Source: a virus (Duplodnaviria; Caudoviricetes). From it: DNA of 34,542 bases. Numbering within the stretch: position 1 is the stretch's first letter; each line of letters begins with the position of its first letter. The notes under the pieces are model-generated. The model was not told the DNA's origin. It was given only the letters and a program-made list of their open reading frames with translations, and made no database searches. The stretch is taken from the IMG/VR virus record IMGVR_UViG_3300037634_005735, positions 1 to 34,542 of that record. One strand, given 5' to 3'. Below are positions 1 to 7,985 of the stretch, one piece after another. A program made the position numbers and the translations under genes.

Positions 1-1883
1 CAACCCCGACTCTGGAGGGCCGCGCAAGCGGCACGGTTGGAAGCGGAGAGGTCATCGACTGATACGTTGTTGCTGTCGATGGTGATTTCCCTGCCAGCTA
101 ATGCTGTGCCGCCACTTGCGCCAGTGTCCGTTGCCCATTGACCGCTAGCGGAAATGGACAAGAGAATGTTCTCAACGGACTGTTCAGTTAAAGCGGTGCA
201 GCCGTCCCATGCGTTCTTGAAACAATTAGTGGAGACACTTGCAGGATTCCAGTCATCAAAGACACCGGCAGGGAAGGTGGTTAGGGCTGTGCAGCTATAC
301 CAGCAACTGTAGAAATAACGACTACTAGAAACGTCTATATCGGCGGGGAATGAGACGAGGGAGGTGCAGCTACGCCATGTGCTATCGAAATTTGTGCCGC
401 TAGATAGGTCGAGAGTGCTGGGGAAGGAGACGAGTGAACTACAACCATTCCAGCAGTCATCGAACCTTGTCCCGCTCGACAGGTCCAAATCTCCGGGGAA
501 TTCGGTCAGTGAAGTGCAATTCTGCCAGCTGGACCTAAAATCTGTCCCGCTCGATAGGTCTAATTCGCCGGGGAATTCGGTCAATGAAGTGCAATCCTTC
601 CAGCATCTATAGAAATCTGTGCCGCTCGACAGGTCCAATTCGCTGGGGAAATCTTCGAGTGAATTGCAATCACGCCAGCATTCATAGAAAGTTGTGCCGC
701 TCGACAGGTCCAGTGTGCTGGGAAATTGGCCTAGTGAATTGCAATTATACCAACTGTAACTGAAATTTGTTCCACTCGACAGGTCCAGAGTTCCGGGGAA
801 CTCTTCGAGTGAAGTGCAATCATACCAACTGCCACTAAAATCTGTTCCGCTGGAGAGGTCAAGCGTTCCGGGGAATTCGGTCAGTGGAGTGGCCCCCCAA
901 CTGTAACTGAAATTTGTTCCGCTGGAGAGATCAAGCGTTCCGGGAAATTCGGCAAGTGAAGCGCATTGATACCAGCAGCAGTAGAAATTTGTGCCGCTCG
1001 ATACGTCAAGTAAGGGGAATGAGGTAAGTGAAGAGCAAGACCGCCAGCACTGACTGAAATTTGTGCCGCTCGATACGTCAAGTAAGGGGAATGAGGTAAG
1101 TGAAGTGCAAGACCGCCAGCACTCGCTGAAATCTGTCCCGCTAGATGTGTCCAGCAAGGGGAATGAGGCGAGAGCGGTGCACCCATACCATGCGCCACCG
1201 AAATTGACTACATTCGACAGGGTGACGCCTGCTGGGAAAGATGTCAGGCCCGTGCAGTCGCGAAATGCCTCATAAAGACTTGTGACCCCGCTCCAATCAA
1301 CTCCAGCAAATTTGGGAGTAACGAGGTCGCCACGGCCACTGAAATAGTATTGCAGATTCCCGGTTGGGCTGAGTGTGGCACCCTTAACCTCCGACAAATA
1401 TTCAATAATCTCCGAAACTTCCCAGTCGCTTACCGTCGTAGGCAGGAGAACGTAGGCGTAGAAATTGAGGGCCGTGGAAGTGGTCTTCTGCTGCCCAAGC
1501 GCGTTTATGCTGGCAATGGAATCTGCATTTACCTCAAAGGCAAATATCCCGTTGCTTGTTGCAACAACCAAGATTCCCGCCTGCTCGACAGCGGAAGGCG
1601 AAAATTCCAACAGGCCATTGACACCATCAAAAGTGGCGAAGCCAGTAACATTGTCGTGAGTGGGCTGGTTGGGTCCAGTGTCCTGAACCATCTTCTTGGC
1701 CAACTGGTTGCTCCCACCAGCGGCTTGCTCCCATTCGGAAATCGCCCCCCCGGCAGTCGTTATCTCCCCATAGCTCTTCGCGTCGAAATACAGATATGGG
1801 TTTTTGTCCTTCGGGTCGATGGAAGACTTGACCGAGGACTTCCTCGACGAAGAGGACAACTGTAATCCGGGGGATATTCTCAT
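1..1883 (-). CDS. Putative head-spike fibre / receptor-binding protein: N-terminal anchor peptide, LamG-like segment, then BspA/DUF285-like leucine-rich repeats (3' end outside window)
   Basis: Read by hand from ATG at 1883 (MRISPGLQLSSSSRKSSVKSSIDPKDKNPYLYFDAKS...GGAISEWEQ...QDTGPNQPT...FDG); open to the window edge (627 codons) and absent from the ORF track because no stop lies in the window. Contains ~14 repeats like DLSSGTNFSYSWYNCNSLGQFPSTL. Starts 12 nt after the spike-base gene. Confidence 0.85.
   Translation of the reverse strand, partial: MRISPGLQLSSSSRKSSVKSSIDPKDKNPYLYFDAKSYGEITTAGGAISEWEQAAGGSNQLAKKMVQDTGPNQPTHDNVTGFATFDGVNGLLEFSPSAVEQAGILVVATSNGIFAFEVNADSIASINALGQQKTTSTALNFYAYVLLPTTVSDWEVSEIIEYLSEVKGATLSPTGNLQYYFSGRGDLVTPKFAGVDWSGVTSLYEAFRDCTGLTSFPAGVTLSNVVNFGGAWYGCTALASFPLLDTSSGTDFSECWRSCTSLTSFPLLDVSSGTNFSQCWRSCSSLTSFPLLDVSSGTNFYCCWYQCASLAEFPGTLDLSSGTNFSYSWGATPLTEFPGTLDLSSGTDFSGSWYDCTSLEEFPGTLDLSSGTNFSYSWYNCNSLGQFPSTLDLSSGTTFYECWRDCNSLEDFPSELDLSSGTDFYRCWKDCTSLTEFPGELDLSSGTDFRSSWQNCTSLTEFPGDLDLSSGTRFDDCWNGCSSLVSFPSTLDLSSGTNFDSTWRSCTSLVSFPADIDVSSSRYFYSCWYSCTALTTFPAGVFDDWNPASVSTNCFKNAWDGCTALTEQSVENILLSISASGQWATDTGASGGTALAGREITIDSNNVSVDDLSASNRAACAALQSRG
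187..1298 (-). repeat. Tandem 72-75 bp (24-25 aa) coding LRR-like repeat array, ~14 units plus cap
   Basis: Consensus D[LV]SSGTxFxxxWxxCxSLxxFPxxL. Nucleotides 984-1051 and 1056-1123 differ at a single base. Confidence 0.9.
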
Positions 1884-1895
1884 TTCTCTCGGGGA

Positions 1896-2153
1896 CTAGA
1901 AAATCACGCTGATATCGCGAGCGGTGGTTCCGGAGGCGAAAATCTTGGTCACGCAGAGAGGCAAGACTCCAGCCGGGACGCCCACAAGCGTAACGATGTT
2001 GCCCTGCAAGGTGGTGACCTTGATGTTTCCAGCCGTTCCGATAACAACAGCCCTTGCAACCTGTGTGAAGATTGAGTCAGCGGTGTGGTCCCAAGGCGAG
2101 GCGTCAATGCCGCTGTCCTTGAACTTGGATTTTACGTTTGCGGTGTGGTCCAT
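1896..2153 (-). CDS. Head-spike base (penton decoration) protein, RcGTA Rcc01079-like
   Basis: 85 aa with RAVVIGTAGNIKV...GNIVTLVGVPAGVLPLCVTKIFASGTTARDI, the pattern I recognise for this family; directly followed by a fibre gene as in RcGTA. Confidence 0.75.
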   Translation of the reverse strand: MDHTANVKSKFKDSGIDASPWDHTADSIFTQVARAVVIGTAGNIKVTTLQGNIVTLVGVPAGVLPLCVTKIFASGTTARDISVIF

Positions 2154-2171
2154 TGGATTTGATTGGTTCGA

Positions 2172-2900
2172 TTAGAATAAAGTTTTTACGATGCGCCCCT
2201 GAGGGGTCCATGACCCAGTTGCAACAATGATCTTAACAACAAGATACAATATAGCCACCCCTACGACAACCCATACGGCCCTCTTGTATTTAAGGGCCTC
2301 GTCTCTCTCAGCCTCTGCTTTTGCTGCTTTCTCATGGGCCCCGTCTCTCTCGGCGGCGATTTTAATGCCTATTTCTATTCTGGCATTGGCCTCCTCTAGT
2401 CTTTGGACTAGGGTCTCGTTCTGGACGGACATGGCTTCGATTTGGGACCGCAACTGCAAATTGGCCTGCTCGGCCTTGCCCAAGCTGACCTTGGCCTCTT
2501 CCAGAGCGGCTACAGCCGCCTCTCTTGCTGTGATAGACGAATCCAGCTCCACTCTGAGGTCTATAACAAAGGACCTCAGCTCGTCTGCCGCAGCAGACCC
2601 GGCCTCAAGACCGTTGGCATAGGCCTCTTCTACAGCCTTCTCTATGGCCTCTGTGGTCAACCGGGCCGCATCCAGCTTGTGCCCAACGGTTCTCACGGCA
2701 TCCTCAACCTTGCCAACTTTCTCCTCCACCTTCCTGACCTGAGCCTCAGTATTGGCAATATCTGGCTTTTTGGCCAGATTGGGGACCATTATGGCGGGAG
2801 GAGCCTGTGTCCCCGGGACCGTAGTGCAAGAAATAGCAGCCAAGGAGCTTGCAACAATTGCAAGGCCCAAGCACAGCTTCTTCTTTTTGCGGTTGTTCAT
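2172..2900 (-). CDS. Lipoprotein with long coiled coil and C-terminal TM helix (unimolecular-spanin-like architecture)
   Basis: Basic N-terminus (RKKKK), hydrophobic stretch, lipobox-like LAAIS-C; ~150 aa heptad-rich region; C-terminal hydrophobic AVWVVVGVAILYLVVKIIVA. Confidence 0.6.
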   Translation of the reverse strand: MNNRKKKKLCLGLAIVASSLAAISCTTVPGTQAPPAIMVPNLAKKPDIANTEAQVRKVEEKVGKVEDAVRTVGHKLDAARLTTEAIEKAVEEAYANGLEAGSAAADELRSFVIDLRVELDSSITAREAAVAALEEAKVSLGKAEQANLQLRSQIEAMSVQNETLVQRLEEANARIEIGIKIAAERDGAHEKAAKAEAERDEALKYKRAVWVVVGVAILYLVVKIIVATGSWTPQGRIVKTLF

Positions 2901-2904
2901 GTCT

Positions 2905-2918
2905 TCCCTCCGGAGGGA
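2905..2918. repeat. CCCTCCGGAGGG palindrome, copy 1 (intergenic, at the RBS position of 2172..2900)
   Basis: TCCCTCCGGAGGGA, perfect 14-bp palindrome; the same 12-mer recurs at 7573, 12945, 25793 and 30901. Confidence 0.9.
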
Positions 2919-2921
2919 GGC

Positions 2922-4853
2922 TTAGTCCATGGGGATCAGGGTTAGCGAAATATCGGTAACGGTGGGGTCGTCGTCCCCTGACTCGTTGGTAATGTAGACC
3001 TCTACCGTATTGGTGTTGGCCAAGCTCATAATATGCTGGACGGTCATTACGTCTTCGTGAGTGGCATTCAGGAACGTCTGGCTGACCTCTGTGGTCGCAA
3101 CGGTCGCGCCGTTTAAGCCGAGCCGCGCAGATAGCGTAGCCGTCCCAGAGGCCCCGCTCTTGACGGTCATAACGGCTGTGATGAGGAAGTTTGATGTAAC
3201 AGAACCCCCATAAGTGACCTTTGCCAGCGTTGAGGAGGGAACCGTGAAGTTGGCCCCATTAACCACCGCGAATGTCCCGGGGTGAACAATCTCAAAAGAA
3301 TCTTCGTCTAGGGATGTCGCGTTTGTGTTATTTCTGGTTCCGGCAATGACCCCAAACCCCAAGGTGGCAGCTTGCGTGGATGCGCTCAGGGTGGCTCTCC
3401 CGGCGGCTGCGTTGGCGGCAGTCATCAATGATCTGCCTGTTGCGGTGGAATCAGTTACGTCGGTTGCAATAATTTCCCCCGCCCCACTGGCACAGATGGC
3501 TAGATTCCCGTTAGCGTCTGGAACAGCAATGCTCCTAGTGCTTGAAGAATCAAAGGTGAGCTGGGCATACCCCCCGGAGGGGCCATCCATCCTAATCATG
3601 TTGGAGCCACTCGCGGGGTCGATTGTGATATTCCCGGTGAAGGTGTCCCCTGCGATATTGGCAGCCGCAAGTGCCGTCCGGAATGCCGAGGCTGAGGTTA
3701 CCCCCCTCCCGTCTCCGTCCACCAGCTTCTCAGTGCTACCCCCGCCATGGGGAAGCTGAAACTTGGTGGTGTTCGCCGCGTCCTCCAAGGCGAGTTTTGC
3801 GCCAGAGCTAAAGTTGTAACCCTCTGATGTAGAAGAGGTCACCAAAGTCTTGGCGAATGTCGGGGAGTCGGCAGCAGCCACTCCTAGAGCGGTTCTGAAT
3901 GCCCCGGCGTCCGTTATTCCCCCTCCATCTCCAAGAACAACCGTCCCATCCGCATCAGGCCATGTCACTGCGCGGTTGTCAGTGAGGGTGCCATGGTCGA
4001 TCTCCGAGTAATAAGAGGACGCCGTGTTGTATAGGCGCACCTTGGACCCCGTGAGAACCTCGAACATGTTGCTGCCCGAGTGCCTAGCCGAAAGGATAAC
4101 AGCGCCAGCCGCCTGATTGTTATCCGCGATAAGGCCCACCCCGCTGCTGCCTGCGTTATAGAAGTTCCCCCCAATTCCGCTGGCCCCCGTGTTCGATCCA
4201 TACACTGCGGTGCCGCTGCCGCCCGAGGAAAGTCCAGATATCCCCTTGCCGCTGCTGCCTGTGGCTGTCGCATAAACTGCTTTTGTCGAGCCAGTTGACG
4301 CAAAATTAGCCTCCCCGGTAGAGCCCCGCTTTACGACCTTGCTGACTGTGGCCGCAGCGGTTGCATCGCTAACTTCTGCGCTGGTATGGGTGTGCGATGT
4401 GGCGGCCTTTCCCGAGATGGCCGTGGCATTAGTTGCAACATCAGCGGTGAGCGTTGCAAGATCGCTAACGAGATCGGTAACCGTGTTTTGGGCCTGCGCT
4501 CCAGTGTGGTTGGCACGGGCAAGAAGGGTCGCGGTGGTCTGCCCACTGTCCTCAATAAGGCCGTCGGCCTTGGACATGAAAAGGTTTCCGGCAGTTGGGG
4601 TCCCGTAGATTTTCGTGTAGATCCCAGTAAGGAAAGTCGTGACCCAAGCGGTGGTTGGGATTTTCAACGAGTTGTCGGACGCGCTGACCGGAGTGGTGGT
4701 CGTTGGGGCTCCAGTGAAGATGGGAGAGGCCAAGTTCGCGACCTGAGCGCCGTCTTGGTAAATAGTCTGCCCCCGGACCTCAGCCCACTGAGTTCCAGAT
4801 TTGCCAAGTTTCCCTGTGTTGTTGGCGCTGGGGATTACATTTGGAGTAGCCAT
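2922..4853 (-). CDS. Tail fibre protein
   Basis: Typical fibre motifs ANLASPIFTGAPTT...DNSLKIPTTAWV, LARANHTGAQ and HTHTSAEVSD; Gly/Ser/Thr-rich shaft; repeated AFRTAL; beta-rich C-terminal head. Confidence 0.85.
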   Translation of the reverse strand: MATPNVIPSANNTGKLGKSGTQWAEVRGQTIYQDGAQVANLASPIFTGAPTTTTPVSASDNSLKIPTTAWVTTFLTGIYTKIYGTPTAGNLFMSKADGLIEDSGQTTATLLARANHTGAQAQNTVTDLVSDLATLTADVATNATAISGKAATSHTHTSAEVSDATAAATVSKVVKRGSTGEANFASTGSTKAVYATATGSSGKGISGLSSGGSGTAVYGSNTGASGIGGNFYNAGSSGVGLIADNNQAAGAVILSARHSGSNMFEVLTGSKVRLYNTASSYYSEIDHGTLTDNRAVTWPDADGTVVLGDGGGITDAGAFRTALGVAAADSPTFAKTLVTSSTSEGYNFSSGAKLALEDAANTTKFQLPHGGGSTEKLVDGDGRGVTSASAFRTALAAANIAGDTFTGNITIDPASGSNMIRMDGPSGGYAQLTFDSSSTRSIAVPDANGNLAICASGAGEIIATDVTDSTATGRSLMTAANAAAGRATLSASTQAATLGFGVIAGTRNNTNATSLDEDSFEIVHPGTFAVVNGANFTVPSSTLAKVTYGGSVTSNFLITAVMTVKSGASGTATLSARLGLNGATVATTEVSQTFLNATHEDVMTVQHIMSLANTNTVEVYITNESGDDDPTVTDISLTLIPMD

Positions 4854-4857
4854 TGCA

Positions 4858-5106
4858 TTAAGTGGAATTAACGATTAAATCTTCTGAGGAGTAGCCAGAA
4901 ACGGTGAAGAGGGAGTTGGTTATCGGAGAGGCCACGATGGTTATGTCCCCGTTCTCGTCATCCTCCACCCAGACTGAGGAAACGCCCCTGAAGCCGTTAC
5001 CCGTATCACAGGGCGTCAAGTCAGAGCCTGCAAGGACCCATGGGGCTTCTGTGCCGCTGGCTCCTTTGCCTCCTCCTAAAAGCTCTGTTCCTGATCGGGT
5101 AATCAC
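4858..5106 (-). CDS. Small putative virion protein upstream of the fibre (GTG start at 5106 preferred over TTG at 5142)
   Basis: In-operon ORF (WVLAGSDLTP...WVEDDENGDI). The TTG at 5142 coincides with a -35-like hexamer, and GTG 5106 lies 7 nt after a -10-like TACCAT. Confidence 0.6.
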   Translation of the reverse strand: MITRSGTELLGGGKGASGTEAPWVLAGSDLTPCDTGNGFRGVSSVWVEDDENGDITIVASPITNSLFTVSGYSSEDLIVNST

Positions 5107-5142
5107 GGTCCTAATGGTATGATAATTAAGGCGATCTAACAA
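5107..5142 (-). promoter_or_regulatory. Putative sigma70-like promoter with leaderless geometry
   Basis: TTGTTA(5142-5137)-N17-TACCAT(5119-5114)-N7-GTG(5106). Confidence 0.5.
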
Positions 5143-5428
5143 TTGGATTTCTCTGTTGGATGGGGATGGTGAACCTCAGGACAACACCTTTGTCCTCGTT
5201 AGTCGTGGTGACCGTTCCCACCCCGGTGTTTGTTCTGGTCTCCGTTACGTCACCCACCTTGGCTTCGGTGGTGGTGACGGGGTCGAGGAGGTTGGTTGTC
5301 TCTTCACTTACAAGGGTCGGGGAGGATACTTTCCTAGTCGTCGAAGCGTCATACTCCTGCGTGGATGTCTGCCCCTTGAACTGCTCGCCATCCGTTACCC
5401 GTTTAGTTATGTTGTCTGAACTAGCCAT
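5126..5428 (-). CDS. Thr-rich hypothetical virion protein
   Basis: 100 aa, starts 5 nt after the upstream stop; ends in a beta-strand VVLRFTIPI. Confidence 0.7.
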   Translation of the reverse strand: MASSDNITKRVTDGEQFKGQTSTQEYDASTTRKVSSPTLVSEETTNLLDPVTTTEAKVGDVTETRTNTGVGTVTTTNEDKGVVLRFTIPIQQRNPIVRSP

Positions 5429-5433
5429 ATTTT

Positions 5434-5850
5434 TTACGCGTCTGCGTCTCCGTAAGTGTAATTCACCTCCTCCCAGCTATTGTCGCCCCCGCCCCCGGTT
5501 GTTGTGACCTTGGGGTGGGTGATAGTTGTGCTTTCGGTGTGATTTCTGTAGACCCTTGCGACCCTCGTGGCGTCGTTGGTCTTGGTTGCAACTTCTTGCG
5601 AGTGGGGGCCAGCGGTGAGGTCTGCCACTCCAGAGGACCTTGTGGTGGTCGTGGTCCCGTCGCCCTCGGACGCATTGTTGGTCCTAGTGACGACATTGAT
5701 GTCCGTCCCCGTGACCATATTCACCTCAAAGTCAACGGCCTCGGGGAGAAGGACAATAACGCCCTCCTGACGCATTTCGTAACATGCGTCATTGATTTCT
5801 TGCAGGGCCTGCTTGACTGCGGCCTTTAGCTTGGTGGCGTCTGCGATCAT
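5434..5850 (-). CDS. Hypothetical virion protein (N-terminal helix, VDFEVNMV strand, Thr-rich tail)
   Basis: 138 aa; ATG directly abuts the upstream TAA. Confidence 0.7.
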   Translation of the reverse strand: MIADATKLKAAVKQALQEINDACYEMRQEGVIVLLPEAVDFEVNMVTGTDINVVTRTNNASEGDGTTTTTRSSGVADLTAGPHSQEVATKTNDATRVARVYRNHTESTTITHPKVTTTGGGGDNSWEEVNYTYGDADA

Positions 5851-6786
5851 TTAATATCCGGGTCTGGTTCTTGCATAGTTTGCAGGAGATCCCCTATTGG
5901 GCTGCATGGTCCTGTTTATCGCCGCGATGGCCGAAATCCCCCTCTGGAGGGAGATTTCCCTTTCCTCCTTGGTCCCTTCCCAGATGGGCGTGATGGAAAG
6001 GTCGCTGAGAGCCAATGGCAGAACGTGAGGCCTGACATACTGGTCGGGGACCGCCACCGCCACTGCTCCGTCCATTTCGGATAGATCGTGTGTTGGCGCG
6101 TCGAGGACGGCATCAAAAATGATGGTCATTTCCTTGTCTGGGATAGGGTCAAGGCGGATCATCATCCTTGCCTCGTCCTTTTGGGAGACGCCCGTATTCT
6201 CAATGACATACCTAGTGGGGTCCCCAAACTTCTGGACAGAGCTTGAGGATGCCGTGGTCCCCAAGGTCCCTGAGAACGCCCTCATTCTTCTTTCTGCCCC
6301 GATGAACCGTAGGCCATCCTCGTCCCTGTAAAGGGTGATCCCGGTGTCTAGGATTCTGGGGTGATTCACCAACCGATTGATGCTCTGGTCAGTGAGCATG
6401 ATGGTGTCGAAATGGATGGTGGCGGAAACGGACCCGGTGGACCCGCGAAACTGATTCAACATCTTGGGAGTCCCCGTCACCGAGATGATCTCATTCATGT
6501 TTGTCTCCCCGCCAATCTCAAGCGCCGCCCCCAGATGGTAGTCCTGTAAGCTCGCCCCGGTCATGTCGTTGCCGCCATTTGTAGCGGTGAACGTGATAGT
6601 TTCCTTGGCCCTGATAAGGTGCGACACTGTCGTCATCCTCATGTTTTCCGGGGCTGCGATAAACCAGTTGAATACGGCAGAGTTGATGCAATCGAGGAGA
6701 ACCAAGCGGTCCTCAACGCTCATCTGGGATAGAGTTTTACTACCCGTCCACCTCGCAAGCCTCTGTGCTAATTCCTGAACGGTCAT
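5851..6786 (-). CDS. Head-tail adaptor / tail tubular protein A-like (paralogue 2)
   Basis: MTVQELAQRLARW...LDCINSAV...GDPTRYVI...IRLDPIPDKEMTI...VPDQY...LPLA fits the podovirus adaptor pattern; lies downstream of the MCP. Confidence 0.65.
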   Translation of the reverse strand: MTVQELAQRLARWTGSKTLSQMSVEDRLVLLDCINSAVFNWFIAAPENMRMTTVSHLIRAKETITFTATNGGNDMTGASLQDYHLGAALEIGGETNMNEIISVTGTPKMLNQFRGSTGSVSATIHFDTIMLTDQSINRLVNHPRILDTGITLYRDEDGLRFIGAERRMRAFSGTLGTTASSSSVQKFGDPTRYVIENTGVSQKDEARMMIRLDPIPDKEMTIIFDAVLDAPTHDLSEMDGAVAVAVPDQYVRPHVLPLALSDLSITPIWEGTKEEREISLQRGISAIAAINRTMQPNRGSPANYARTRPGY

Positions 6787-6798
6787 GGTCGGGGGCGG

Positions 6799-7563
6799 TT
6801 ATTCTTCATCTTCCTTGGCGGCGAATTGTTTTCTGAGCTGCTCGGCCATGTGGGACTTGGTCCCCATCTCCGGGTCAGTGACTTGCAACGATTGCAAGGA
6901 CCTCGCGGCGTCCTGCTCAAACATGGGGATCTTGTCCTTCTCAAAGAAGAAGTGGGATCTCATTGCATACATTCTAGCAAGGGGGAGAAGGATTGTCTCT
7001 ACCGCATCTCCCGGGACGGCGGTCACTTCTGCCCCCGTCCAAGCCTTAACCGTGGCTGTGTCGTATGAATCAGCCTTCTTGGCAACGATCATCGATACCC
7101 CTACTGATGCTGCTGGCGCTGGCTTGATCACCAAGGTTACCAAGGATGAGTCCCTGCCTGAGTCCTCAGACCCCCTCCGCGTCCTGACAAAGTAATAGCT
7201 GGGAGCAGGAACCCCCGCCTCAACGGCCTGAGTCTCTGTTTTCCCGTAAAACCTCTGGAAGAACTGGTTGAACTCGGATTCATCAGTGATCCTATGTAGT
7301 TCCCTGCCTGTTGCTGTTATCCAGACGGGCCCAATTAGTTCATTTGCCCCAAGGAGGGCGAAGAGGTCCTTTGTGGTTTCCCCGCCTGCAAACGTAAGGT
7401 CCCCCTGCTCCTTGCGAAAATAGTCCAGAGGGCTCTGGTGCATAAGTTGCAACGCAGAGTTGATCGCCGTGGTGGCGTCCTCGTAGATGTAGTCAGGAAT
7501 GGTCCCGGCCCCCTCCAACCAGAGGACCCGTAACACATTGTCTCTAAGCTCTTTAAGAGTCAT
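6799..7563 (-). CDS. Head-tail adaptor / tail tubular protein A-like (paralogue 1)
   Basis: MTLKELRDNVLR...AINSALQ...PAPSYYFV...LVIKPAP...VPGDAVETILLPLA; same motif order as 5851..6786. Confidence 0.65.
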   Translation of the reverse strand: MTLKELRDNVLRVLWLEGAGTIPDYIYEDATTAINSALQLMHQSPLDYFRKEQGDLTFAGGETTKDLFALLGANELIGPVWITATGRELHRITDESEFNQFFQRFYGKTETQAVEAGVPAPSYYFVRTRRGSEDSGRDSSLVTLVIKPAPAASVGVSMIVAKKADSYDTATVKAWTGAEVTAVPGDAVETILLPLARMYAMRSHFFFEKDKIPMFEQDAARSLQSLQVTDPEMGTKSHMAEQLRKQFAAKEDEE

Positions 7564-7569
7564 AGTCTA

Positions 7570-7896
7570 CTACCCTCCGGAGGGTGGTGACAGTTTGGCG
7601 GGTAACTCCCTAGCCACCTTCTTCTTGGCGGCCTTCTTGGCGGCCACAGACTTCAGGATAAGCGGGACTACCCGCATTTTCCTCCCGTGGCAGAAGGGGA
7701 TAACGACGGAGCAGGCTTCGTTGAAGTCCTCCCGGTCCTCATCTTTGGAGAGGTCGTATGTGCGCCCACCGAGGACCCAGATTTCCTTCTCCATTCCCGG
7801 GACCTTGGATTTAAGGAAGTCCCCGTGGCGCGTTCCGTATTTGGTGGGGGCATATTCACCCCGGTCAGGATACTGCAATACTGCTAAAATAGCCAT
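7570..7896 (-). CDS. Hypothetical protein with basic C-terminal tail
   Basis: 108-aa in-operon ORF ending AAKKAAKKKV...PPSGG. Confidence 0.7.
   Translation of the reverse strand: MAILAVLQYPDRGEYAPTKYGTRHGDFLKSKVPGMEKEIWVLGGRTYDLSKDEDREDFNEACSVVIPFCHGRKMRVVPLILKSVAAKKAAKKKVARELPAKLSPPSGG
7572..7585. repeat. CCCTCCGGAGGG palindrome, copy 2
   Basis: ACCCTCCGGAGGGT; last codons of 7570..7896, with GGAGG 10 nt before the ATG at 7563. Confidence 0.9.
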
Positions 7897-7931
7897 ATCG
7901 GGAATATAGCGAAAAAGGGCCCCGGTTGCAA
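7897..7931 (-). promoter_or_regulatory. Putative sigma70-like promoter, leaderless, overlapping the MCP terminator
   Basis: TTGCAA(7931-7926)-N17-TATATT(7908-7903)-N6-ATG(7896). Confidence 0.6.
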
Positions 7932-7950
7932 GAATTGCAACGCGGGGCCC
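7912..7950 (-). terminator. Rho-independent terminator after the major capsid gene
   Basis: Minus strand GGGCCCCGCGTTGCAA-TTC-TTGCAACCGGGGCCC followed by TTTTT, 35 nt after the MCP stop. Confidence 0.85.
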
Positions 7951-7985
7951 CTTGAGTTTATTTCCTTACCCTAAGGGATCAGGGG

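Noticed and set aside
187-1298. Repeat array as a CRISPR array
   Set aside because: Units are 72-75 bp, in frame, vary at synonymous positions and encode an LRR; there are no identical repeats with unique spacers.
187-1298. DGR target region
   Set aside because: No reverse transcriptase or template repeat in the window, and differences between units are not adenine-specific. A remote DGR cannot be excluded.
364-1865. ORF-track calls 364..612, 881..1198, 1063..1275, 1350..1865 and 1529..1717
   Set aside because: Shadows of the real minus-strand ORF 1..1883.
5429-5436. Programmed frameshift joining 5434..5850 to 5126..5428 at the A6 run
   Set aside because: The A-run begins inside the stop codon, no canonical slippery heptamer precedes it, and the downstream ORF has its own ATG.
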